A stretch of DNA of 64,000 nucleotides. Origin: Octopus bimaculoides (taxonomy: Eukaryota). Position 1 is the first letter of the stretch. Each line of letters opens with the position of its first letter. The translations under genes were made by a program, and so were the position numbers. Positions 12,069 through 23,192 of the stretch are shown in pieces. The notes below the pieces were generated by a model. The model ran no database searches, was not told where the DNA came from, and worked only from the letters and a program-made list of their open reading frames with translations. The DNA lies in assembly GCF_001194135.2 (NCBI RefSeq), contig NC_068981.1:38231727-38295726 (forward strand), in the 5' to 3' direction.

Positions 12069-12419
12069 GTGTTGATGTATTTTAATTGAACATTATTTTA
12101 GATTCATTGCATTAAGTATCTTACCAGCACTTCACTGTACTACTGTCTTCAAACAGGTAGAAGTTACGTTTATAATTCATTTGTTATAACAATTAACATT
12201 TTGAACAGAAGCAAATCTTTCAACAAAATGGAAATTTCAAGCAAATTAATAAAATATAAATTGAAGAGAATTAAGATAACATTAATGAATTGTAAAATAT
12301 ATTGCATAAACATATTCCTCTCTAATATTGAAAATTTGATTCAGTAAGTAATATATTATGAAAGGATATAAAATAACTTTCAACGTAACAGTGTTTATGA
12401 CGTGGAATTATAATCCTAA

Positions 12420-12560
12420 TAGAATTCAAGTTGTTTTTCCAAAATTGTGTATAAGTATGCTTGGAAGTGTGGAGAATTATTGTATGTCTTAGAATTAGAA
12501 GTTTGAGAGACGATTCTTATGGTGTTATCAGATCCAATCAGAAAGAGGGATCTGTCGGGA
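12420..12560 (-). mobile_element. Possible PLE reverse-transcriptase C-terminal remnant
   Basis: Minus strand NTIRIVSQTSNSKTYNNSPHFQAYL loosely resembles the PLE DLTI...T.TY.KP....YL segment. Confidence 0.25.
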
Positions 12561-12924
12561 AGGGGAGAAACAGAATCTAGTAAATAGATAAATGAATAAA
12601 TAAAAACACCTACTACCAACACACCTTCTTACCATAAACAAATTAATAACATTCCACCTACAATTGCAAGAAATTTGAACACCTCACCACAGAATTCATA
12701 CATACATTGAATGAAAAAGCCAATGAACATACACAAGCACCAGACCACTTATATACACCTACAGATATATATATATATATATATATGCACACACATACAC
12801 ACCACTAATACTAAGTCACAATAATTTTGCTCAAAGAGAACAGTGATGTGAAACTCAAGCCATGAGACAAACTCTCAACTTTAGCTTCGCCCAAAAAAAA
12901 TTACACACACACATATATTGTCAA

Positions 12925-13205
12925 AAGTCATATGGCTTACTGGTTAAGGTATTCAGCCAGGATTGCAACATCATGGTTTCAATTCCCAGCCCAAGCATTG
13001 CATTGTGTTGTTGAGCAAAACACTTCATCTGACGTTGTTCTGTGATCATTTCATTATCTGACATGTGGCACGTCGTGCACCTGTATAGGTAATGTTGATT
13101 TGATGGAGGTGTGAGCTTGAGTGAAGACAAACATCTGATCCCTATAAAAAAATCAATTGTGTGGTTGTTCAGCAAAAAATTGCAGAGCCCTCACATACTG
13201 CCTAA
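12925..13205 (+). mobile_element. tRNA-derived SINE (family A)
   Basis: TGGCTTACTGG (A box) and GGTTTCAATTCC (B box), then TTGAGCAAAACACTTCATCTGACGTTG. Homologous to the copies at 4153 and 20462. Confidence 0.78.
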
Positions 13206-13253
13206 CAACAGGAGAATCCAGGATATGTGTGTGTGTATGTGTGTGTGTGTATG

Positions 13254-13285
<32 letters not shown>

Positions 13286-13859
13286 TGTTTGTATAGTCTA
13301 ACATAATACCAAGAATTGTGATAGCATTTCAGTTTAAAAACTGACAATCTGACAATTTCCTCTTAATGTATTTTGAGAAAATCCATGTCCCACATTCAAA
13401 CAACACATCTACAGTTATCAGAGAAAGCACTCCCTTTTGTTAATCATTTGTTGCACTGCTCATTCAAACCATTTTCATTTTACTAATTATGCTGTGGATT
13501 GCAATTTACCTTTTCTTTCTGAGTTACACAATTTTTGTTGATTAGGGACCCAATTAAATTAGTGTAACCAATGATTTCAGTTGTATGTCATTAAACAGAA
13601 CTTCTTCCTTGTCAGTGTCATTTCTTAGTCCCTTGTCATGATAATTTGACACTTTTCACTGTCGACCAACTATAAAATATAATGCCCCATCCCCGTAAAT
13701 CAGTGTCATCTGTACATCTTAAATATGTGTTCATTCTTCCAATGACTTTTGGCTGGGCAGAAACAGCAGGTGGTGTACCATTCATTTAATTAGTCACCCT
13801 AGCAAAATGATAAGTAGTGTGTTAGATAATCATATAAAACTGCATAAAAAAGGATAATA

Positions 13860-14195
13860 GTTGATGAGCAAGTAGGCTTCCAAGATTGCATTTCTGTACA
13901 AGACAGCTAAAGTGAAAATCACTGGTGAGAAATTTAGAGACCATGAAATGCAATTATATCACACACATGATGCTTTTTAAAAAATAATGTTTGATTCAGT
14001 ATGGAGAGAAGCACATGAAGAAGTACAACATCCCCATGCACTGAATCAGAATATTATGAAAACTACATGAAAAAAGTATTAGTGTTCTAAACAATAACGA
14101 AATTATACAATGGAATGGAACAAGCATCAGAGTTAGAAATGGCTATTCATTATCACCAGGACATTTCTGTCTAATTCTTGAACAAATTATGACAT
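13860..14195 (+). mobile_element. Highly decayed RTE-type LINE RT fragment
   Basis: Broken frames give DEQVGF, EKFRDHEMQLYH, FDSVWREA, MKKYNIP and VRNGYSLSP, in the order of the RT motifs EQAGF, FDxV and VRQGCxLSP. Confidence 0.55.
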
Positions 14196-14379
14196 ATGTA
14201 CACACACCTGGGATGATGGGAATGTAGTATTATTACTTGGTGTTTATCTATTATATTATACTATAAACAGAAACCAAGCAGTGGACAGAGTTGAGAGACC
14301 TGATGATTGCAGGTTTTCCTACCAGCATGTGGGCTTAGAACTAATGCCTATTCTAATTTGGTTCATATGATCTGCTATC

Positions 14380-15720
14380 TTTAAAGATGAACCAAATGTA
14401 TTATCATTATCAGTGTCTGGCTGGGAGAGGGTGTCACCACTGTTCTATATGGACAGGTTGCTAATAGTAGGGGCAGTGGTACCATGGTTGGTATTATTAA
14501 ATCAGGTAAGGTTCTCAAGGGTTGTATTATTACTATCATGTGGGTTGGGATTGGGTCCAGGAGCATAGATGGCAGGGACTACCGTGAGGTGGAATAGCTT
14601 GCAGTAATTATGGATCCTAAATTTGGTGTTGTGGAATAGGAGATTTTAATTGAAGATTTATTAAAGATAGGTTAATATTTATGTTGTGGTGAGTAATTGG
14701 AGTTCAGAATTTTGAAGTAAGCTTGGGTAAGGATCTAATCTGAAGAGAGAATAGTAGCACGAACCATGAGGTCTCTTACTTTGAAGGCTAAGAGTATGGA
14801 GCTATGATGAGTAGGTCTACATGGGGAGATCTGAGGTAATCAAACTTTTGAGATGACCAGAGAAATGGGCAAGTACTGGGCACTGGGGGATCTAGTCACA
14901 GGTTAATGGAATGTAAATGGACAGAAGTAAGCTCGTTGGGGCCAGGATCGGTACCGGGGATAGAGAAGTGCAAGTTTTGTCTTTAGTTTAGTATTGGGGA
15001 TATAAAAGATCTCATAGAAACCACTGATCTGGAGAACCTGATTACAGAACTGGGCAGAACTATTAAAGATATCCTCATTTGCTGTTAAGTTAGAAATCTT
15101 AACAGAAACACCAGTGATGGTACTATTAAGGATATGTTCAGGGTGATTGAACAGGATATTGATATATTGTAGTGATTCATTCAGTTATGGTTTGTATCTA
15201 AGTCGAGAGTGATTCTAAGAAGTTAGCCACTTTCGTGTTATTTTCAAAGGAGATAGAATAATTATAGTTTTTAAAGAATGTATGGAGGGCCTTCTGGGTG
15301 CATTCAATGGATGGTAGAGGTATACCTGTGGCTGTATATACCTCTGAATAAGTTGGGGAAGTGTCAGTTAATCTGAGAAAGAAGGAAGAGGCCGACCAAG
15401 TCGGTAACCTGAGCAGAATCGGAAGAGCCCATAGTTATGTAAAATAAATCCACAGACGAATTACGGGGCCCGTAATTACTATTAAAATATAAAACATGAT
15501 TTCCTAGCCGCTGGGATGATGCCAATGTTGGAGCAGGAGACGGGTGCATATTTTCTCGCAAAGATTATGGTTTTATTGGTTTTATTTGATAGAATTAGTG
15601 ATGTAGAAGTGTAGTTGGAAATATCGAATTCAAAGAAGTGAGTGTGCAAGTTATTAGAAAGTGGGTAGAACCAAGTGATGACATTGCCAGTACAATTCCA
15701 AAGTGGAAACTTAACATTGC
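14380..15720 (-). mobile_element. Decayed Penelope-like element: RT, thumb and linker
   Basis: Minus-strand pieces FFEFDISNY, IFARKYAPVS...ARKSCFIF, DLFYITMGSSDSAQVTDLVGLFLL (PLE TMGS motif), ISNLTANEDIFN and IFNKSSIKISYSTTPNLGSII. Multiple stops and frameshifts. Confidence 0.85.
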
Positions 15721-15933
15721 TTCTAAACTCTACATGCACAAAAATGCATACATACATACAAGTATGTGTGTATATATATATATATATNNNNNNNNNNNNN
15801 NNNNNNNNNNNNNNNNNNNNNNNNNNNNNNNNNNNNNNNNNNNNNNNNNNNNNNNNNNNNNNNNNNNNNNNNNNNNNNNNNNNNNNNNNNNNNNNNNNNN
15901 NNNNNNNNNNNNNNNNNNNNNNNNNNNNNNNNN

Positions 15934-15964
<31 letters not shown>

Positions 15965-16787
15965 CATATAGTCATGAAGATAGGCATGTTTTCTGATTAT
16001 GTGGGTGGAAAAAACTTGAAATCCTTATGGCTTTGTTAAATAAGCAAAGTGAAACAGTGGCTAGTTTAAATGGATTTTTAAAATCTACTCCAATGAAAAT
16101 AACTCCAATAACCGTTATGAGAATAAATGTTATTATTATGATTTCAATTACTGTTGTACTATATAATTAACATAATTTAATCAGTGTAGTTTGGCTTGAA
16201 AAACTGTTTCTGAATCGAGGTGTTGTTTTCTTCGATTATATTTTAGGTATTTGTTTATATACAAGGCTGTAAATGTGTGTTATAATTTGAATGTCTCATT
16301 GTAACTACATCGTCTGTTGTATTTTGTGTGCATCCATTGGTTAACTTGTTCATATGTGTCATTATGGATGTGTATACAAATGTTGATATACAGTAATGCA
16401 TAAGTAGATATGTGTCTGTTTATGTATGTCTAACTGTTGGTGTATATGCAATTATAAGCTGTAAACGAGTTGGTCACTATGTGTCTATTAAAACTTGACA
16501 ATAATTTCTGCTCTGTCGCCTTCTTGTCTGCTTTAACTTCTTCAACAGGGTTATAAGTTTGATAATCTAGAATTTATCATTAACGTTGATATGTTTAGAC
16601 TGGATGTATTTTGTCATGTCACCTCAATCTATTTTATTACATCTCCACTTCCTTGTTATTGCTTATGTCTTTATTTTATTTTTTCCTAATTCAACCATTG
16701 ATATATTTTTATAGAGAATATTTGATCTTATATTTTATCCCATTATAGCCCTTACTTTATCATTTTTATTCAACATGATTTGTCGTT

Positions 16788-17452
16788 ATGTAAGGGCAGT
16801 ACTGAAGATGTGTTGTTATATATTTCGATTAAATTTTGCTGATGAAATGAGTTTATGCTTGTGTAATAAAAGTTTTGAAATGACCGTACAAATATACACC
16901 TTTGTAGTGAGACCAATTTCTATTATGGCATATTGGAGTCGACTAGCCTTTCATAGGCTCCACACGTTAATCTGTAATGATTGGTTATCTTACCTATCAT
17001 TTGAGTTTGGAACATTGGTTGAGTCATGTACTTTGATTGGTCAAGTAATGCACGGGATTGGATCAAGGATCCAATCACGTTGTGTATAATACATTCTAAA
17101 ACAACTAACCTGAATCTATTCTGGAGTCTACCTCTGCCTATATATTGAGATAATACAACATCTATGACAGAGAGGTGAAAGATTTTCAGGAAGGCGAGTC
17201 ATGTTATTTTCCTGCTGTTGTAAGGAAGCACATGTAACCAGCGATGGCTGGAGCTGTATTATCGAAACGATGGATGAACCATGCAGCCATCAGAATCTGT
17301 GATGTGTTTATTTTGTTCACTGTATTATTTAGCAGAGGAATAAAGTCTTGCTGTTATGTTAAAATTTGTTTCTTGTATTATTTCCCTGAATGAATATGCA
17401 ACATATGTTATGTATGTAAGATTCCATAGTAAACTAAGGGAGACTACCTACA
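16788..17452 (+). promoter_or_regulatory. Putative 5' LTR of the Gypsy element
   Basis: Lies directly upstream of a PBS-like motif. Contains a CCAAT cluster (16913-17075), a TATA-like CTATATA near 17138 and AATAAA near 17339. No second LTR in the window, so boundaries are guessed. Confidence 0.35.
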
Positions 17453-17462
17453 CAACTAAAAC

Positions 17463-20410
17463 TGGTAACCCCCGGGGTCAGTACCTTTTCCAGTACACTG
17501 CTAAAACTGGTGGAACCTAACGAACAAATGAACGAATGACCACTGAACCAGTATATAAACCGATGACTTGGCCTGAAAGCCATCTTACATAACGTTACAA
17601 TGTTATATCCTGATGCCATCACAATGCAGGCAGCTTTGTCCTTTGTTTCCCCACCATTCACATGAGACACTGCCATTTGGTTTCTCAACTAAAAACTAAT
17701 TTTGCGGCTAATAACATTACTTCCGGCACTAGAAAATTTCACTTAGTATATTACCACCTGCCTCATGCGCTGAGGTTAAAAACCTCATTTGGACAAGCCA
17801 CTATATCTACATATGAAGACAGAAATTGTGAGGCACATCTCTACATCGAAACAAAAACGATATCATCAGCTCCTTCATAAAGGCATTTTAGGAAATAAAA
17901 GCCCATCACAATTACTCTGACGTATGCGTAATCTAGCAGGGAGTAATCATTTGGATGAAGACATGTTATGGCAACTTTTCTTTTCTTGCATTGCCACTGG
18001 CGTGCAAGCAATTTTAACTGTTATAAGGGAACACAGCTCCATTCAACAGCTAGCAGTGCAGAAAAGTTATCCTTTCATCTCTTCGTTATCTTCTGAGTTA
18101 ATTATTTATCTTACCGATCAAATTAACCATGTACAGTTCAGTCAACGTGCAAGACCGTGCAGACGTTCAGTTTCTAGACAACAGAATAATAGTATTTGCA
18201 CGGAGCGGACATCTTTCTGTTGGTATTACAACCATTTTGGAATTCATGCATATAAGTTTATTTCCCCGCGTGCCTTTACTCCAGTTATGCAACGCAAGAA
18301 AACTCCCCTACCAGAGATTAAATGCGACTATGTTTCTGGAAAGACCATCAACTTGACGCATGTTCTTTATCCACAATGCCAATTTCCAGCAACATTTGTT
18401 GGTAGACAAAGGAACAGTATGTAGTATTTGGTCGTGAATTTATTAACCGATTCGCTGAGATGAAAGGCAATTATCTTACAAGCAGTAAATCATTCTCCAA
18501 TAAATACTTTTGACGAAAAATAACTTGCTTTGGATATAAATCTCTGATGACAATTTCGATGGGCTTTTATAGTTGGAAACTTATCGTATCCGATTCTTGG
18601 CGCAGATTTCTTTAATCATTTTAATCTTTTGGTAGATTTAAGAAATAAGCGATTAATTGACTCAAGAAATCATCTCTCTGCACAAGATACGTTTTCCAGC
18701 CCTTCTGCTGTCAGTCCACTTTTTTGAATTCCATCCAATTATTTCGACGAACTTTCATTACAATTTCCGGATATGTCTCAGACAGTTTTTCCATAACAAA
18801 ACTCCAGGGCATACAGTGACACCATATTAATACAAATGGACCGCCTGTTGCATCTCATTCAAGGCGCATTGCCACGAATAAACTTAAAGTAGCCAAGGAT
18901 GGTTTGTTGAAATTTATTCGAAAGCCTTTTGGACTACATAACGCTGCTAATACATTTCAGAGATTTATTGATAAAGTCACACGTATTCTTGGTTTTGTTT
19001 TCACTTACAATGATGTCTTATTGATAGCCAGTTCCAAGAAGAAGAGCATGTACTTCATTTAGAACAGCTTTTTACTCACCTGTCACAATTCGGAGTGATA
19101 ATAAATGCAAATAAATGTTTTTGGTGTGTTTTCCATCCCTTTTCTGGAACATGCAATTGATAGAGATGGAATATGTCCATTACACGATAAGAATGATGCC
19201 ATTTGCAATATTCCTGTACCTTCTTCTCTAACGGAGTTACGAGAATTTCTTGATTTAATTAACTTCTATAGATTTATTCCATTTTGTACTATTTTTCCCC
19301 TCATGGAACTTTTATGTAATAGAAAGAAAAAATGAACTTGTATCATTAAATTCTACTCAACTACAAGCTTTTTGAGATATTAAGGACAAGTTATCAAAAG
19401 TTACACTTTTGGATCACCCCGTCCTTATCAGATGCAACCTCATCATTAATGGTTGAAGTATCAGATGTAGAAATTGGCAGAGTTTTGCAACAGTTTGTTC
19501 TTGATGCGTGGCAATAATTTTCTATGTTTTGTAAATGCTTCAAACTAGCAGAATCAAGGTATAGTACCTTCAGTAGAAAACTTTTGACTGTTTTTTTTAG
19601 CCATGAAACATTTCTGGCATTTTCCGAGGAAGGACAGTTTACGGTTTTCATCGATCATAAACCGCTGACTTTTACTCTATATCTGGAAACAGATAAGTAT
19701 TCTCCCGGAGATTTACAAAATTTGATTTCATTTCACAATACACTGTTGATAGTCAGTATATCCAGGGTCCAGATTGTTCTGCAGCGGATACCTTACCTTG
19801 CGTACATACTAATGCTTTACATATTCCAGATTCCATTGGCTTGTGGCAAATTGCATTGGATCAACAAGATGACGAATTTTTGCTTCTTCAATCGTTGGAC
19901 TCATCTTCTTGGACTCTTGGACTCCGTGTGGCCCTGTATGCAAAACAACATTCATAATTGGGTGCGCAACTGTATACCGTGTCAGAAATCTAAAGTGCAA
20001 CGCCATATCAAGGCATCTTTAAGCACTTTTGCTGTTCCAGGCACGCGTTTTACACAAATTCACATAGATATTGTGTCTCTCTAGCCACCAGTTCAAGATA
20101 GTATATATTTGATGACCTGTGTAGTTCGTTTTTCTAGATGGCCTGAAGCCATACCCATCAGGGATTGTTCATCTCTCACGATTGCAAAGGCTTTTGTGAC
20201 TGGGTGGATTTCGCGTTTTCGAACTTCCGTCACCATGACTTCTGATAGAGAGCGACAGTTTGAATCAAATATCTTTGCTGAACTTTCACACTTACTGGGT
20301 ACTCGACGGATCTGTACCAATGCATAGCACACCATGTCTAACAGGAAGATAGAATGTTTTCATCGTCAACTGAAAGCAGCTCAATGCGTTTATCCGTAGT
20401 CAGATGTTTG
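17463..20410 (+). mobile_element. Decayed Ty3/Gypsy LTR retrotransposon internal region (gag-PR-RT-RH-IN)
   Basis: gag: GNKSPSQLL*RMRNLAG...LWQLFF and FCWYYNHFG. Protease: FRWAFIVGNLSYPILGADFFNHFNLLVDL. RT: PFGLHNAANTFQRFID and YNDV for YxDD. RNase H: RYSTFSRKLL...FTVFIDHKPL. Integrase: WVRNCIPCQKSK, IHIDIV, FSRWPEAIP and TSDRERQFES. Domain order is Gypsy; many stops, frameshifts and deletions. Confidence 0.95.
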
Positions 20411-20461
20411 GTGAGTAGTCTTACCAACTGATTTGTTTATAGTAATGTGCTATACATTAGA

Positions 20462-20652
20462 TCATTCCTTCCATCAAATCAACGTTGCCTGAATAGGTGC
20501 ACGGTGTATCACACGTCAAGTGTCGAAGTGATTGCAGAACAACGTGAGATGAAGCTTTTTGCTCAAGAACACAACACACCACTCAGTCTAAGAATTGAAA
20601 CCACGATATCGCGATCATGAGCAACACACTAACCACTAGGCCATGCGTCCTC
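20462..20652 (-). mobile_element. tRNA-derived SINE (family A)
   Basis: Minus strand GAGGACGCATGGCCTAGTGGTTAG...GGTTTCAATTC...TTGAGCAAAAAGCTTCATCTCACGTTG. Confidence 0.82.
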
Positions 20653-20699
20653 TTCACACACACACACACATACATATCATCAATGTATTTATATATATT

Positions 20700-21550
20700 T
20701 AGAGAACGTTTGTTACGGCTAGTCCATAGATTTACCCAAGGTTTCGCATCCATAAAGCGCTTAGCTTTACATGTCTCATCAGACCCTAATGGCTGGCGGC
20801 CTATAACCTCTCTTCAAACTGGAAGGAGAAAAGGCCTCGTGACTAGTTTTTGAATACACCGACAAAGAAAGGTCAAGCGTATGAGATTGTCTACTTTAGA
20901 CCACTATCCGGAATCCACCCAATCAACTTGCGGGTCACAGGATTTCAGCAGGAATTGCCTGAAGTGTAAACAAGGTCCAAAGATTTCCATTCTGGAATTT
21001 AAGATGTTACCTGGGTCCAGAGAGTTCTTTAATATCCTCGACCATTCTGCTATGCATACCTTGCTACGTTTGTACCTGTTGATGTAGGGACCCGGCTTTT
21101 CTAAAATTTTCCATGTGAATACATGTGGAATTCCTTCATCCATCAAGTACCACTCGTGGCAGGCCAAGGTCGTGACATAATGTTTTTCCGAGATCCTAAA
21201 CAAGGATTTGTGGCTTGATCGACATTACTTAAAGGTGTTTCCAGAACAATCGATGTATTTCTGAATGATACTATTGGTGTTGCCGTTTCTGTTGCTGTTG
21301 GTGCTGGTGTTAGCGTCATTAATGCTGAGTTAGGGAACATCATCAGTGGTGGAGGCGTTGTTGGCATTGTTGCTGTCCTCGTTGATGTCTCCGTTGGTGT
21401 CTCCGTTGGTGCTGCTATAACTATCGTTTTTGTTGCAGCTGTTGTCGGCGCTACAGTGATTGTTGTTATTATTAGTGTTATCATTAGCGATGGCGTTGCT
21501 GCTACTTAGCTGTAGTTGCTGGGGTTGCTATAATTGATAATAGCAATGGT
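20700..21550 (-). mobile_element. PLE 3' part: GIY-YIG endonuclease C-half and terminal repeat (pLTR)
   Basis: In one frame: KYIDCSGNTFK*CRSSHKSLFRISEKHYVTTLACHEWYL...FTWKILEK...ILNSRMEIFGPCLH. The 3' region carries a hammerhead motif. Confidence 0.85.
20724..20792 (-). ncRNA. Type I hammerhead ribozyme motif, intact core
   Basis: Minus strand CCATTAGGGT-CTGATGA-GACATGTAAAGCTAAGCGCTTTATGGATGC-GAAA-CCTTGG-GTA-AATCTATGG. Core CUGAUGA, GAAA and GUA triplet are present. Stem II hairpin TAAAGC/GCTTTA. Stem I has one mismatch and one wobble. Confidence 0.75.
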
Positions 21551-21684
21551 GTTGCTGTTAGCTAGTGGGTTTAAGGACTGCATCTCCTACATGATGGGCC
21601 CTAACACCGCCGAAATATCGTTTGGTTTGATCTCCTTTCTCCATCTACGTAAAAACGTGTGTAGGTAGGGTATTCCTTAGGTTA

Positions 21685-21912
21685 GGGGATAAGCACTTTA
21701 TAGTAAGGAGCCACAGCAGCAAAAATCTCTTGGCTAGTGGACAGATTTGAGATTCTCTTGCTGACACCCTTCACCAGGTTTCTGAACATAATGGGCGGGT
21801 GGCAGAAGACTGTGTTGATATATGTCAGCCTCTCATTTGACTTGCGATAGTGTCTGTATGTACTGGAGTCCAAGTTTAGCATGACATCTGAGAAGTCTGC
21901 AGTAGTGTGGTT
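21685..21912 (-). mobile_element. PLE RT C-terminal (thumb) fragment
   Basis: ADFSDVMLNLDSSTYRHYRKSNERLTYINTVFCHPP...ISNLSTSQEIFAAVAPYY matches the PLE FLDVTLNL...YRK...HPP...IS.LS..E.IF..AAP.Y region. Confidence 0.85.
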
Positions 21913-21914
21913 GG

Positions 21915-22140
21915 TCTAAATTCCTGGACAAAAGTTTTTAGACCTTGTTTACATTTCAGGCATTCCTACTTAAATCCTGTGTGTTCGAAAAAAAGACATG
22001 AGACTTTTTCTCCCTCTAGTTTGAAGAGAAGTTATAGGCCACTGGCCATTAGGGTCTGGCGGGACACATGCAAAGCTAAGCATCTTATGGATGTGAAACA
22101 CTGGGTAACCCTATAAACCAGCCATAACTAACATTCTCTA
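21915..22140 (+). mobile_element. Inverted PLE terminal repeat (pLTR) copy
   Basis: Reverse complement of about 20700-21003 with an internal deletion. Translates LNSWTKVFRPCLHFR versus LNSRMEIFGPCLHFR. Confidence 0.85.
22046..22113 (+). ncRNA. Type I hammerhead motif, core mutated
   Basis: TAGGGT (22050-22055) pairs perfectly with ACCCTA (22108-22113). GAAA at 22095-22098 and GTA at 22105-22107, but the core reads CTGGCGG instead of CTGANGA. Confidence 0.6.
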
Positions 22141-22957
22141 AATACTCTGCTGCTCATTAACTTAGAGTGTGCTTCTCTTTCATATTTATAATTTACTGTG
22201 ATATATACATATATATNNNNNNNNNNNNNNNNNNNNNNNNNNNNNNNNNNNNNNNNNNNNNNAGTTACTCAAAGCAGCAGTGAATAAGATATATTCCTGG
22301 AAGGTCATATTTAACATGCATATTATTTGAAAATAACATTTTATCAATTGAAATTATAATGACATTGACAAGTTACAAGTGTTCTTGATGATTACACTAA
22401 AAAAGAGCAAAGGAAATAACTCTTAAGATGTCACTTGCTTAAAACTTAAATGGAGACATGCAGTGAGTCTGATGTTTGGAATTTATGGTGACAACTCTAG
22501 GTATTTTTCAACTTTTTTCCATCTTTAGAAGAAAATATAATCTTCTCAAAGCAAGAAGATCAGACCATTGCTAGTAGATATAGTTTTATTTTATGTGTGC
22601 AAAAATATCACATTTCAGGCCAATTAGAATTATAACATTGAAAAATCTCCCAAATGCGTTTTCCGCATGAAGAATATTCAATTAAATGCAGGTTAGCATA
22701 CTTAAGATAATGAGACAAATATTATTTTTGATTGCCTGAAATAGTAACTTAATAATATAACAATGATAAAATTAAAAAATTATCATAATTTCTGAGTAGA
22801 ACCCAAAAACCTAATGATACTTGGTGTTGATAATTAATAACGCAGAGGTTAAAATATGAACCAGCTGAATGAACTCGCTTGCTTGAACTTTTTCAAATAT
22901 TATCATTACTTTTTCTGGTCATTTTGTAAATTATCTTTTTATATCTCAATAATTCAA

Positions 22958-23192
22958 ATCATCATTATCATTTAACATCTGCTTTCCATGCTGGCATGGG
23001 CTAGACAGCTTCACAGGAACTGGTAAACCAGAGAACTGCACTAAGTTCCAGTCTGATTTAGGCTTGGTTTCTACAGCTGAATGCCCTTCTTAATGCCAAC
23101 CACTCTGAGGGTGTAGCGGGTGCTTTTAAATGTCACTAGCATGGGTGCTTTTACGTGTCACCGACATGCAAGCTGTTATGTGTCACTGGTAC
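22958..23192 (-). mobile_element. RTE 3' UTR and tail, older subfamily
   Basis: atcatcattatcatttaacatctgctttccatgctggcatggg..., with about three copies of the ttttacgtgtcacc-type UTR unit. Confidence 0.8.

Noticed and set aside
16000-16500. Hammerhead-like traces upstream of the 14380-15720 PLE (CTTTG...CAAAG-TGAAAC near 16035-16060; TGTGTCTATTAAAAC near 16480)
   Set aside because: The core is not CTGANGA and the stems need several assumed mutations, so this cannot be supported from a single copy.
17924-20335. Individual ORFs in the Gypsy region as functional genes
   Set aside because: They are frameshifted, stop-interrupted pieces of one dead element, and the RT catalytic motif is YNDV.
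21143-21484. Thr/Pro/Ala-rich, mucin-like ORF on the minus strand
   Set aside because: It is an alternative frame of the low-complexity tract. The frame continuous with the PLE YIG motif is the Asn-rich one.
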